Source: a virus
Direction: 5' to 3' (one strand)
IMG/VR virus record: IMGVR_UViG_3300042863_002274
DNA: 64,000 bases
Shown here: positions 1-9,381 of the stretch, piece by piece
How positions within the stretch are numbered: position 1 is the first letter of the stretch
Layout: each line of letters begins with the position of its first letter
Notes under the pieces: model-generated
Databases searched by the model: none
What the model was told of the DNA's origin: nothing
Seen by the model: the letters and a program-made list of their open reading frames with translations, nothing else
Position numbers and translations under genes: made by a program

Positions 1-1
1 C

Positions 2-1240
2 TCCACCTTCTGCTACGGCAATAAACTTGTTTCCACCATATGTTATGTATTTCCACTGGTTGGCTGGAGCACTTGCGGTGTTGGTCCAGTTAACTCCGTT
101 AGTAGAGTAAGCACCATATCTATTTCCAGCATTTGTGCTGTATTCAAGCCACGAGAAACGTCCGTTGCCAAACGCAACTGTTCGGATGTCGACTATCGCA
201 CCAGGGTTTTGTGTTGACCAAAGAGTTGTTCCATTAGCGGAAGACCACCCTCTTCCGAACATTGAAACAGAAACAAACCGTGGAACTTCTGCGCTGCAAG
301 CAACCGCGTCATGTGACCATGCCGTAGAGGGTGTGCGAACGGTCCAATCAATTCCGTCGGGCGAGGACATAATATAGTTGCTTCCCCAAGTTGCAGTAGC
401 AACATAAAGGCCACCGCAGTTTGTGATTGCTTGCCACTCTCCGTTTGGTGCAGTTCGTGATGTCCATGTAATTCCGTCAGGCGATGTCATTACAGCATTC
501 GACCCAACCGCAACAAACTGGTTATCTGCATAAGTGATTCCCTGCCAGTTGCTATCGGAAGCAGAGGTCCGCGAGGTCCAATAATTACCGTTTGTTGAAG
601 TCATGACACGGTTACCGCTACCAGAGGAAGCAACAGCCACAAACTTTCCAGCGCCGTAAGTAACAGCTTCCCACTGCTGGTCTGCTGGGTATCCTGTAGC
701 AATAAAGGGGGCTGGCGTTATGTTGGCCGAAACGCTGTCGACTATTGGTCCGTAGACCCCTGACCAGAACCCATTATCCATTCCACTGAAGTTCAAGGTC
801 GCAGAAGAAACTCCGGTTGGGACACTTAGTGACAATGTGAAAGTTTCTTGGTTGTGGGCCGTCGACCTTCCCACGCTCACCACTGTTGCACCGGCAGTAA
901 GCGAGGCGTTCCATGTGTCGGCAATCGCTCCCTGACCAACACTATTAGTGGTTGAGTTGTCAACAGTAAACGAGATTTCTACAGTTTCGTTTGGTTCTAC
1001 TGCAAAAGATTGGCTAACTTCTCCAGTTGCATAAGAAAACTGAAGGGCGCTATTGAAAGCCATTCCGCTTCCACCGTTCTGGACTATGGTCCAGCCGTCA
1101 GAACCGTTGAATCCGCCATTCGTGATAACTGTTGACGCTTTAGAACTGAACGTCGGAGGAGCAAAAAACGAAAGAATAAGCACAGGTAAAATAACCCATG
1201 CGCCAGGACGCAGCCCTATTGTTCTTTTGCCAATCCTCAA
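2..1240 (-). CDS. Secreted beta-propeller/carbohydrate-binding-like protein, truncated at left edge (not in ORF track)
   Basis: Read manually: TTG start at 1240 after GGGAGAGGA; MRIGKRTIGLRPGAWVILPVLILSFFAPP signal-peptide-like N-terminus; repeats WEAVTYGAGKFVAV / WQGITYADNQFVAV / MTSPDGITWTSRT; frame open to window edge. Confidence 0.75.
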   Translation of the reverse strand, partial: MRIGKRTIGLRPGAWVILPVLILSFFAPPTFSSKASTVITNGGFNGSDGWTIVQNGGSGMAFNSALQFSYATGEVSQSFAVEPNETVEISFTVDNSTTNSVGQGAIADTWNASLTAGATVVSVGRSTAHNQETFTLSLSVPTGVSSATLNFSGMDNGFWSGVYGPIVDSVSANITPAPFIATGYPADQQWEAVTYGAGKFVAVASSGSGNRVMTSTNGNYWTSRTSASDSNWQGITYADNQFVAVGSNAVMTSPDGITWTSRTAPNGEWQAITNCGGLYVATATWGSNYIMSSPDGIDWTVRTPSTAWSHDAVACSAEVPRFVSVSMFGRGWSSANGTTLWSTQNPGAIVDIRTVAFGNGRFSWLEYSTNAGNRYGAYSTNGVNWTNTASAPANQWKYITYGGNKFIAVAEGG

Positions 1241-1297
1241 TCTCTGTCCTCTCCCGACAGAGACAATTTTACATCATGCTATTTATAATGTATGCAA

Positions 1298-2095
1298 TTA
1301 AATATCCCTCTTGGGAATGTTTCTTTCTTCAATAGGGCTTAGTCTGCCTTTATGTTGAACATCCAAGTCTTTTCTCACCCAAGTCATCCCGTATGGTGTG
1401 TCAAGATTCTCAACACCAACCCTCATCATCAGGCGTTCCGCCATTGATTGAAACGAAGGGTCGTCACTTAGGTTTAGATACGAGTTATGAAACCACGGGA
1501 GGTCGTAAAAAGCTGGCGAATTAACAAGAAGACAACCGGCTGTAGTCCAGTGTTCTTCAATTGGAGGGTTTTCACTTATTACTTTTCCAGACAAGCAGTA
1601 AGCCCCAACGTTTGCCCCAACCAGAGGTCTATCTACCTCAAGCATTTTTTCAATAATTTCTACTGTTAGCTGTATGTCTGAGTCGACATAAAGGATTGCT
1701 TGGTAATTCACTACCCCAATGTTCTCTTCAGTGCAGTCCTCTCCCCAGTGGTGTCCAGAGGTAACCCTGTGTCTTTGGGCAAATTCTCGAATTAAGTTGC
1801 GGCCAGTTTCTATACGAATCCATCTATTACTAGAAGTAACTTCTGCCTGCATGTCGTTTATTGAGTAGGTCCAATAATCACCATTGACTTCGCGAAGCGC
1901 GGTAACGACTTCGTGGAATGGTTCAACGCCGCGCGCATCTGTCTCAAGTGCGGCAAACCATTTAACGTTTGGAAACTTTTCGATGATTTGAGCCCTGTTT
2001 GAAATCCAATCCAGGTGCTCTCCGGCCTCACATTTCCATGGAACTAGAGGGGTTCCAATAACAAAATGTTTGCTGTAATCTATTTCTTTAATCAA
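1298..2095 (-). CDS. Glycosyltransferase, GT-A fold (GT2-like)
   Basis: ILYVDSD DxD motif; GCLLV and SDDPSF segments typical of phage GT-A proteins. Confidence 0.6.
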   Translation of the reverse strand: MIKEIDYSKHFVIGTPLVPWKCEAGEHLDWISNRAQIIEKFPNVKWFAALETDARGVEPFHEVVTALREVNGDYWTYSINDMQAEVTSSNRWIRIETGRNLIREFAQRHRVTSGHHWGEDCTEENIGVVNYQAILYVDSDIQLTVEIIEKMLEVDRPLVGANVGAYCLSGKVISENPPIEEHWTTAGCLLVNSPAFYDLPWFHNSYLNLSDDPSFQSMAERLMMRVGVENLDTPYGMTWVRKDLDVQHKGRLSPIEERNIPKRDI

Positions 2096-2705
2096 CGTAG
2101 CGCTCCTTGTTGTAAATGACTGCTGTCATTGAAGTTGGGTTTTCTCGGCTGCCTCGATAAAAAATTTCAGCAACTTTTGCGTTTTTCTTTATGTATTCAG
2201 ATTCTTCTGGAGAAGAATACTTTGACAACCACCCGGTTTTGTTTATGTTTTCTAGTAAATCGACAGTAGGTTTATCGTCTACATCCTTGTATCCAAGCCA
2301 CCATGCATGAAGGTCTTCTATTATATAAATCTTTGAATACTTAAATAAAAAAGAAAAAGACGTCTCCATTAATTTAGGGGTGTGTCCACCGTCATCAATT
2401 ATTACGTCATATATCTGGCCGTTTACAGCTGACTCAATCTGCTTTCTGTCGCTTTGGTCAACTTTTGATATTGAGCATCCTGCTATTTGCGGTATCTCGT
2501 CTATATCCCATCCGTGAACCAGGGATTCTTCGGGAAGCCATTCCCGCCAAGCCCTGAGGGAATAGCCGCCTTGTACCCCAATTTCAAGCAGGTTTTTAAC
2601 CAAATCTCTCTGTATATGACGCTCATAAACGTCCATATATAAGTGATACGTCGACTTGTCGGTTCCGTACTTTAGACCCAGGTTATGCAGAAGTCCGTCG
2701 CTCAT
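2088..2705 (-). CDS. Class I SAM-dependent methyltransferase (sugar O-methyltransferase-like)
   Basis: GTDKS..HLY..Y, LLEIGVQGG, IIDDGGH, YIIEDL motifs; start placed at the ATG overlapping the upstream stop (ATGA). Confidence 0.75.
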   Translation of the reverse strand: MSDGLLHNLGLKYGTDKSTYHLYMDVYERHIQRDLVKNLLEIGVQGGYSLRAWREWLPEESLVHGWDIDEIPQIAGCSISKVDQSDRKQIESAVNGQIYDVIIDDGGHTPKLMETSFSFLFKYSKIYIIEDLHAWWLGYKDVDDKPTVDLLENINKTGWLSKYSSPEESEYIKKNAKVAEIFYRGSRENPTSMTAVIYNKERYVD

Positions 2706-3160
2706 AAAACAGATGCACTTATATCTAGAAGGTAGTCCGAACAAACACCAAAGTATTTTGACAAATCGTATTCCATCACGTCAGATACGTATTCCGGCAT
2801 AACGGCTATGCATTTGTTCCCTGCTGCTGGCATCCCTGGATATGCCCAAACAAAGCCGTCAAGCGTCAGCGTGTACGCGTCTATGTCATGAAAGAAGCAG
2901 TTAAACCCTTTTTCCGTGAAATACCCCAAAGCTTCAGTGTTTTTGCAGTGGACCCAGAGTTTGTGTCTTCTCTCTTCTACCCATTCTGGGTCTATCTCAA
3001 AAGAAGGAGAATCATGCCCAAGAAAAATCTTTCCATGAAACATCCATACATCTATTTCTGAGTCAAAACCTTGAGATAGAGCTTCGTCAATTGCTGAGGT
3101 GGTGTTTTCTGTTTCCGGATTTGGGCCAGACGTGTTGCCTCGATGAGCAATCAATTTCAT
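2702..3160 (-). CDS. GDPD/PI-PLC-like phosphodiesterase (short form)
   Basis: MKLIAHRGN, EN, EIDV, LGHD, WVHCKN motifs. Confidence 0.75.
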   Translation of the reverse strand: MKLIAHRGNTSGPNPETENTTSAIDEALSQGFDSEIDVWMFHGKIFLGHDSPSFEIDPEWVEERRHKLWVHCKNTEALGYFTEKGFNCFFHDIDAYTLTLDGFVWAYPGMPAAGNKCIAVMPEYVSDVMEYDLSKYFGVCSDYLLDISASVL

Positions 3161-3864
3161 TTTTCAACCTGAATCCATATCCAGTTTCTGTGATTGTCTC
3201 CAGGGCCGGTATCTCTGATATCTGACCTGTAGTTGGTATACCCAATCTCGTCAACGAGGTCCTTTTGTATGTCTGCTTCTTCTGTAATGCTTACGTCCGC
3301 ATGCCCGTTAGTGCTTGCCGCATCAAATATGTCATCGAAATATCCAGCAGTAGGAATTCCGTCTTTGCCCCCGTGTCCCATTTGGAAGCAAAGCTTTCCT
3401 CCCGGTTTTAGGACTCGATAAATGTCTTTAAGAATATTAAATCTAATCTCGTGAGAACAAATATGCTGAAAGCAAATAACAGCAAAAACAACGTCATACG
3501 TATTTTCTTCTATCATTGACAAATTGTCACCACTTGTGACGTAAAGGTTTGAGTCAAAAATATTGTTATGTTCTAGATTTATCTTTGCTTTTTCAATATT
3601 GATATCAGAGATGTCTACTCCGTCGATTCTTGCAAAACGGTCAGAAAACTTCACAAGGTTTCGTCCTGGACCACATCCATATTCAAGAGCAACTAAACCG
3701 TTTGTGTCAAAGTCCTTAAACAAAACTGTGTCATAGTCTGACCAGTTATTGTGAGCATCGTACGAACCAACTACAGGGTCCCTGAAAGACAGCGACCACT
3801 GACTCGCATATTCGTCATAATATTGATTTTGCATGGACAAGTAGTCCGTTTTTGTTTTCTTCAC
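3157..3864 (-). CDS. Class I SAM-dependent methyltransferase
   Basis: LEYGCGPGRN, GVDIS, YRVLKPGG motifs. Confidence 0.85.
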   Translation of the reverse strand: MKKTKTDYLSMQNQYYDEYASQWSLSFRDPVVGSYDAHNNWSDYDTVLFKDFDTNGLVALEYGCGPGRNLVKFSDRFARIDGVDISDINIEKAKINLEHNNIFDSNLYVTSGDNLSMIEENTYDVVFAVICFQHICSHEIRFNILKDIYRVLKPGGKLCFQMGHGGKDGIPTAGYFDDIFDAASTNGHADVSITEEADIQKDLVDEIGYTNYRSDIRDTGPGDNHRNWIWIQVEK

Positions 3865-5234
3865 TTGTGGTTCTCCAGGTAGTAATTAAGGTCTTCCGGT
3901 GTTCCGATTCCCCACATCTCGGAAACTTCTTTGATTCGTATTTTCTTGCCGTCTTGAATTGCTTCATTAAAGACAGGACAAACATAGAACTCATTATTGG
4001 TTCTTATGTTTTTTTCAATCATTTGATTTGCGTATTTAACATAGTCAGAGCCATGCTTCCAGTAATAAACACCTACTGTGGCATTATCTGATATTGGATT
4101 TTTTTCAGCAACTTCATCAACAAACCCATCTTCTCCTATTTTTGCATAAGACCACTTTGGGTGAGTTGCTTTAAATGTAAGTATTCCGCCGTCAATTTCA
4201 TCTGCATCAAACGCGTATAGGCATTCGTTGCTGTTCCACTCGATTAACTGGTCAGAGTTTGCCATAAGGAGAGGTGCGTCATTATCTATAAGACCAGAAG
4301 CGAGAAGGGTCGTGCATGCTGCCCCTTCTGTCATGCCGTCAACAATTACTATTTCGCATCCAGGTTTAATAATACTCAATACTTGCTTGAGGTTATATTT
4401 TTCGTAATGCTCTTTCTGTACGAGAAAGATGAAATGGGCATCGATATTAAGGTTATCGACCACCATCTGAATCATTGGCTTGCCATGAACCTCGATGAGA
4501 GGCTTGGGAAACGTGTATCCAGCTTGGGAGAACCGTGAACCGGCTCCAGCCATAGGAATAAGAACGTTCATCTTTTCGTTCTTCCACGCAACATTTGTTC
4601 TTTGGCTTGCATTAATTTCTGATGCCATTCGTAATAATCTTTCTTTATCTAGGCTGTATGAGTCTTTTATTGCATAAAGGTGAGCCCCAGAAGCGGTTGC
4701 TCCCTCTCTGCCTATGTGTGAGTCTTCGACGATAATTGTTGAAGATGGAGTAGCGCTGCAGTTAATCATGCACTGCCAGTACATCTCTGGATGAGGCTTA
4801 TGATGTTTTACATCTTCGTTGCTCATGATGTGACTAACCATGTGCAGCACCCCAATTGCATTGAGGGCAGTAATCACTGTTTCACGAATTGCGTTGCTAG
4901 CAACCGCTATTTTCCACCCATCTGCTTTTAGGGTTTGCATAATGTCTATAGCGTTTGCGTTTCTAGGCAATAAGCTCAGTATCTCAATCGTTGACTTTTG
5001 TTTGTTTTCCCAGACTTCTGAATGGGAATCTTTTGGAAGCCCCTTCATAGAGGTGAGCATTTCTAGCTTCTTTGAGGTTCCGAGTCCATCAAAAGTAGAC
5101 AGATGTTCACTACGTGAAATAAGAAATTCTTCTCCAACTAGAGAGAGGGCTTGGTTTAATGATTCGTAATGAACATCACGGGAATCTATTAGAACTCCGT
5201 CAAGGTCAAATATAATCAGTTTCTGACTTTTCAT
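3861..5234 (-). CDS. HAD-family phosphatase fused to sugar nucleotidyltransferase
   Basis: N-terminal FDLDGVLID, KPHPE, VEDS; C-terminal LIPMAGAGSRF..GY..PKPLI, AEK.PIS, GIGTPEDL. Confidence 0.85.
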   Translation of the reverse strand: MKSQKLIIFDLDGVLIDSRDVHYESLNQALSLVGEEFLISRSEHLSTFDGLGTSKKLEMLTSMKGLPKDSHSEVWENKQKSTIEILSLLPRNANAIDIMQTLKADGWKIAVASNAIRETVITALNAIGVLHMVSHIMSNEDVKHHKPHPEMYWQCMINCSATPSSTIIVEDSHIGREGATASGAHLYAIKDSYSLDKERLLRMASEINASQRTNVAWKNEKMNVLIPMAGAGSRFSQAGYTFPKPLIEVHGKPMIQMVVDNLNIDAHFIFLVQKEHYEKYNLKQVLSIIKPGCEIVIVDGMTEGAACTTLLASGLIDNDAPLLMANSDQLIEWNSNECLYAFDADEIDGGILTFKATHPKWSYAKIGEDGFVDEVAEKNPISDNATVGVYYWKHGSDYVKYANQMIEKNIRTNNEFYVCPVFNEAIQDGKKIRIKEVSEMWGIGTPEDLNYYLENHK

Positions 5235-5884
5235 TGAGGCTCCGGACCGGCATGCCGATGCCATTTATTGTGTCTGACAACGCTTCCGCCATTACATTTC
5301 ATGACGTACTTGTTGCGTACCCTCATGGACCATTCAACATCTTCTTCTTCGTTCCAACCTCGAGATTCATCAAGAGGCTCTTGTTGCAGAACGTGTTTCT
5401 TAACTATAAAAAATCCGCCGGAGATATACATGTATTGAGTTTGAGACCAGTCGTCATAGTCAAGGGACCATGCCCTGCCATGGTCTGGCTTGTCCCAAAG
5501 TGACCAATCCATTGGGTTTCTGGCTCCAGTAATCAAATACTGAGGACATGAACATATTTCCCAATCCAAACCAAAAGATTTAAAATTTATATACCAGTCT
5601 TTATCAAAAACGTGATAGTCATGCATTAAAACAATATTGTCGTACTTTGCTTCGTTAGCAAGAATGTTCTTTTTTCTGGTTATCCATCTAGGTTTTTGTG
5701 ATTCGTCAAAATCAACAATCTTTACGTTTTCGTTAGAATTAATAAATTTGGTATCGGCTCCACCAATGAGTAGAATTTCATATTCGGGAATAGACAAATT
5801 TTTTATTGAATCAATTATCTCAGCAAGTCTTTGATGGTCTTCAAATCCTGTGACTATTCCGAAAGTCCACTGAATGTCACTCAT
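5231..5884 (-). CDS. Glycosyltransferase family 2-like
   Basis: ITRKKN, VLMHDY, ISGGFFIVKK, EEEDVEWS motifs. Confidence 0.7.
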   Translation of the reverse strand: MSDIQWTFGIVTGFEDHQRLAEIIDSIKNLSIPEYEILLIGGADTKFINSNENVKIVDFDESQKPRWITRKKNILANEAKYDNIVLMHDYHVFDKDWYINFKSFGLDWEICSCPQYLITGARNPMDWSLWDKPDHGRAWSLDYDDWSQTQYMYISGGFFIVKKHVLQQEPLDESRGWNEEEDVEWSMRVRNKYVMKCNGGSVVRHNKWHRHAGPEPQ

Positions 5885-5886
5885 GA

Positions 5887-6978
5887 CTAAAGGTTTTCCT
5901 TAATGAATTTCATCGTGGCATCCCAGTCGTCGCCGCGGGCATCCATTGAAAAAGGTTTTAGGTTGATGTAGTTCTCTTGTACTTCATCTCGCCATTTGTG
6001 AAAATCGAGCAACTCGTCAAGGTGATACGTCCACTCTTTTGCGTTTTTGGCAATTCTTCCAACCCCAGCATCAGCCAGATATTGATACTCCGGAGAGTAT
6101 GAAGAAACAAAAGGAATACCTGCAGCAGCATATTCCAATCCTTTTATAAAAGATTTAGCATGATTAAATTCAATATTATTTAGAGGTATTATGCCAACAT
6201 CAATAGGTTTAAGAATTTCTGGATATGACATGATTGATGCCATGTACGTTTTGCTTGCTCTTTTTTCATCTACCTTAAGCAACTCGTGAGCCAGCGGAGC
6301 CGTATCGCTGTGGCCCGAATGATGAAACAAAACATCCCTGGTTTCTAAATACTTTCCAAAAAAATTATTCAGTTGCTCTAGGTCGTTGGAACGCCAGTGG
6401 GTTGCCCCAACCCAACCAATTTTCGTTTTTCTTGTCGTATTGGGCTGTTTTCTCGTCCATCTGTCTATGTCTATACCATTACGAACCAAGAAAACGTTGT
6501 CTCTGATTTTTCCGTAATACTCAAACAAAAATGGAGTTGATGTAATTACAGCATCAGCAGCCAAGATAATTTGAGCATAAAGCTCTCTGTTTGAGTCAGG
6601 ATTTTCTTTTGGGTCAGTTGCTTTGAAGGCGCGGTTCGCTTCTGACAAGCCGTCAAACCAGTCATCCACGTCTACGATAATTTTCTGCCCTAAAGCCTGC
6701 GCTTTCGGAATCGACTCAAGAACTTCTTTTTGCATTAAAAGCTTAAGAACTATGATGTCCCAGCCATGGACAGCCCTGTCTCCTTCGACAAGCATTCCAA
6801 ACCCCTGAGTATTGTTAAATCCTGGAAAACCTACTGCCGAGAACCATCCACGCTTATTGAGCTCGTCTGAAGGGAGCTTGCATCTGTACCAAGCACATCC
6901 GTTCGGTTCCAGGGGGTCGGTCCCCCACGCCCAGTCGTGAGTCAGAAACGCAATTGTGGGCTTTTGTGGTTTTTTCAT
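5887..6978 (-). CDS. Glycosyltransferase, GT-B fold (GT4-like)
   Basis: YRC.LP, IIVDVDD, IGWVG, DVGIIPL...FN.AKS.IKGLEYAAAGIP motifs. Confidence 0.8.
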   Translation of the reverse strand: MKKPQKPTIAFLTHDWAWGTDPLEPNGCAWYRCKLPSDELNKRGWFSAVGFPGFNNTQGFGMLVEGDRAVHGWDIIVLKLLMQKEVLESIPKAQALGQKIIVDVDDWFDGLSEANRAFKATDPKENPDSNRELYAQIILAADAVITSTPFLFEYYGKIRDNVFLVRNGIDIDRWTRKQPNTTRKTKIGWVGATHWRSNDLEQLNNFFGKYLETRDVLFHHSGHSDTAPLAHELLKVDEKRASKTYMASIMSYPEILKPIDVGIIPLNNIEFNHAKSFIKGLEYAAAGIPFVSSYSPEYQYLADAGVGRIAKNAKEWTYHLDELLDFHKWRDEVQENYINLKPFSMDARGDDWDATMKFIKENL

Positions 6979-7128
6979 GACGAAAGAAACCTTATTACAA
7001 ACATTAAGCCTTTTTGGCAATTCTTTAAATAAAAATACCACCGAGGCGCGCAATACTTGGGGTCAAAATGAGGGATAATAACATACAATCAATTAGTAAG
7101 CGCGTTTATTTTTGGAGGACTGTTACAA

Positions 7129-7512
7129 ATGTTGGCTGGTAATTACAATATGACTTGTCAACAGGGCTCAACTTTTACGCGCCTTATCGAAATTGAACAG
7201 CCAGATATTGAGGCCGACCCTACTGGAAACACGTTTGAGCCCTTTTCGTTGACGGGGTATTCGGCAAGAATGCAAGTTAGAAGAACTATTGACTCCACGA
7301 CATTCCTGCTTAATCTCACAACCCAGAATGGTGCGCTAGTGATAAATCCGGTTCCCGGAGATATAAATAAAATTTCAATTAATGTTTCAGCCGCTACAAC
7401 GGCGTCTGTAACCACGAGCGGCGTTTATGACCTTGAAATAATATCAACAGACAATATTGTCTCCCGAGTCCTTCAGGGGACGTTCAACTTGAGCCCTGAG
7501 GTAACTAGGTGA
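7129..7512 (+). CDS. Virion structural beta-sandwich protein
   Basis: QQGSTF..LTGYSARMQVR..GVYDLEI..RVLQG.F pattern common in phage structural genes; GGAGG RBS. Confidence 0.55.
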   Translation: MLAGNYNMTCQQGSTFTRLIEIEQPDIEADPTGNTFEPFSLTGYSARMQVRRTIDSTTFLLNLTTQNGALVINPVPGDINKISINVSAATTASVTTSGVYDLEIISTDNIVSRVLQGTFNLSPEVTR

Positions 7513-7817
7513 GCAACGTCCCCAACAATGTCATAGTAAATGAGGACACGGCAAATAAGGTTGTTGTTAACCAGGACGCTCCAAATCAAGTCGTAGTCAG
7601 GCTCTCAGCAAGTGCCGGAAATACGAGAAGATACGAATTTGTTCAGCAAGTAGCATCGGCGACTTGGGTCATAACTCACACGCTTGGAGGCAAACCTTCG
7701 GTAACCATCGTGGACTCTGCAGATACGCATGTATTTGGTGAGGTACAATACAATAGTAATACTCAGGTTACGGTGACGTTCTCTGTGGCATTCTCTGGAA
7801 AAGCATATCTCACATAG
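7509..7817 (+). CDS. Small structural protein
   Basis: WVITHTLG..PSVTIVD..FSGKAYL pattern; coupled to flanking genes. Confidence 0.55.
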   Translation: MSNVPNNVIVNEDTANKVVVNQDAPNQVVVRLSASAGNTRRYEFVQQVASATWVITHTLGGKPSVTIVDSADTHVFGEVQYNSNTQVTVTFSVAFSGKAYLT

Positions 7818-7829
7818 GGTAGAGGAAAA

Positions 7830-9143
7830 ATGGCACAAAAATTTTTAACAAATATTGACCTTAATCGCAATCAGCTCGTTAATGCCAGTTTTGAGGTTCT
7901 CGGAACCGACCCATCAACCGACCTTTTTGATGGTCGAATGTACTTCAATAGCGCCGATGGCGTTATTAAAATCTACGATTCAACCGCTGCCGCGTGGCGA
8001 AAGGTTGTTGCCGGGATTGGCAATCAGGCTGGCGTAATCGCAGGAGGAGCGCAAGCTTACTCGCTGACCATCGTTGAATCCAATGGTCAAATCACCATTA
8101 CTCCAAACCTTGCAACTTCTGCAAGCGCTGGACTAATGACCGCAGCAGATTTCACAAAATTAGGTGATGCGACATCTGAATCAACTGCAGGTAAACTGGT
8201 AATTCGGGATGGAAGCGGCCAGGCAAAGTTTGGTACACCAACAGACGATAATCATGCTGCCACTAAAGCCTATGTAGATGCAGCCCGTTCGGGTCTTGAC
8301 GTTAAGCAGTCAGTCCGTGCTGCAACTATTGCGGCAGTGCTTCTTGCTTCCGGCTTAGAAAACGGCGATGCAATTGACGGGGTAACCCTTGCTACCGGCG
8401 ACCGTGTTCTTGTTAAGAATCAGGGTACGTCTTCTGAAAACGGAATCTACGTTGTTCAAGCATCTGGCGCTGCAGTTCGTGCAACAGACTTTGACGGAAC
8501 TGGTGAAGTGTCTGGTGGGGCCTTTACATTCGTTGAAGAAGGTACCGTAAACGCAGACTCTGGTTGGGTTGTTACAAGCAACGGAGCCATTACTGTAGGT
8601 ACTGACGCAATCGCTTGGGTTCAGTTCTCTGGCGCTGGTCAAATTACTGCCGGTAACGGTCTTACAAAGAGCGGAAATACAATTGATGCTGTTGGAACAG
8701 CAGGTCGTATCTCTGTTTCTTCAGACGCTATCGATATTGATTCTGGTTATATTGGTCAAAACACCATCACAACCCTTGGAACAATCGCGACAGGAACATG
8801 GGCAGCCACAGATGTTGCTATAGAACATGGTGGTACCAACGCCTCAACAGCCGCACAGGCTCGTGAAAACCTTGGTACTAGAACGTCTGGAGGAACTCCA
8901 AACACTTCCACTCCGACCCTTTCCCGCATTACGAGCAAAGGCTGCGATGCAAGCGCTGCAGGGACTTCTACAACTGCAGTTAACCACATGTTTAACTCGG
9001 CTGACGTTATTGTTCAGATTTATGAAGTATCAAGTGGTGCAACAGTGGTAGGCGACATTGTCCGCACAAATGCCGACACGGTAACAGTTACTCTTCTCGG
9101 AACAATCACGGCAGGCGACTACAAAATTGTAGTTACAGGATAG
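7830..9143 (+). CDS. Fibre/decoration structural protein
   Basis: AATKAYVD, GDRVLVKNQ..ENGIYVV..RATDFD module shared with 13012..14799. Confidence 0.65.
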   Translation: MAQKFLTNIDLNRNQLVNASFEVLGTDPSTDLFDGRMYFNSADGVIKIYDSTAAAWRKVVAGIGNQAGVIAGGAQAYSLTIVESNGQITITPNLATSASAGLMTAADFTKLGDATSESTAGKLVIRDGSGQAKFGTPTDDNHAATKAYVDAARSGLDVKQSVRAATIAAVLLASGLENGDAIDGVTLATGDRVLVKNQGTSSENGIYVVQASGAAVRATDFDGTGEVSGGAFTFVEEGTVNADSGWVVTSNGAITVGTDAIAWVQFSGAGQITAGNGLTKSGNTIDAVGTAGRISVSSDAIDIDSGYIGQNTITTLGTIATGTWAATDVAIEHGGTNASTAAQARENLGTRTSGGTPNTSTPTLSRITSKGCDASAAGTSTTAVNHMFNSADVIVQIYEVSSGATVVGDIVRTNADTVTVTLLGTITAGDYKIVVTG

Positions 9144-9149
9144 GCAAAC

Positions 9150-9338
9150 ATGAAAATTACAGCAGAACAAAAAGCAATGGCAGCATCATACGCAAGAAGC
9201 GTCCTTGGTGCAGCAGTAGCGGTTTACGCATCAACAGGAGACATCAAGATGGCAGCAAATGCTCTCTGGGCAGCCGGTCTCCCTGTTATCATGCGTTACC
9301 TGAATCCAAAAGATACAGCATTCGGCAAAAAAGCTTAA
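9150..9338 (+). CDS. Small membrane protein, holin-like
   Basis: 62 aa with two hydrophobic segments and basic C-terminus. Confidence 0.45.
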   Translation: MKITAEQKAMAASYARSVLGAAVAVYASTGDIKMAANALWAAGLPVIMRYLNPKDTAFGKKA

Positions 9339-9381
9339 TGCTTAGCCCTGAGGGGTATTAACAAGAGAAACGACTGAGGTC

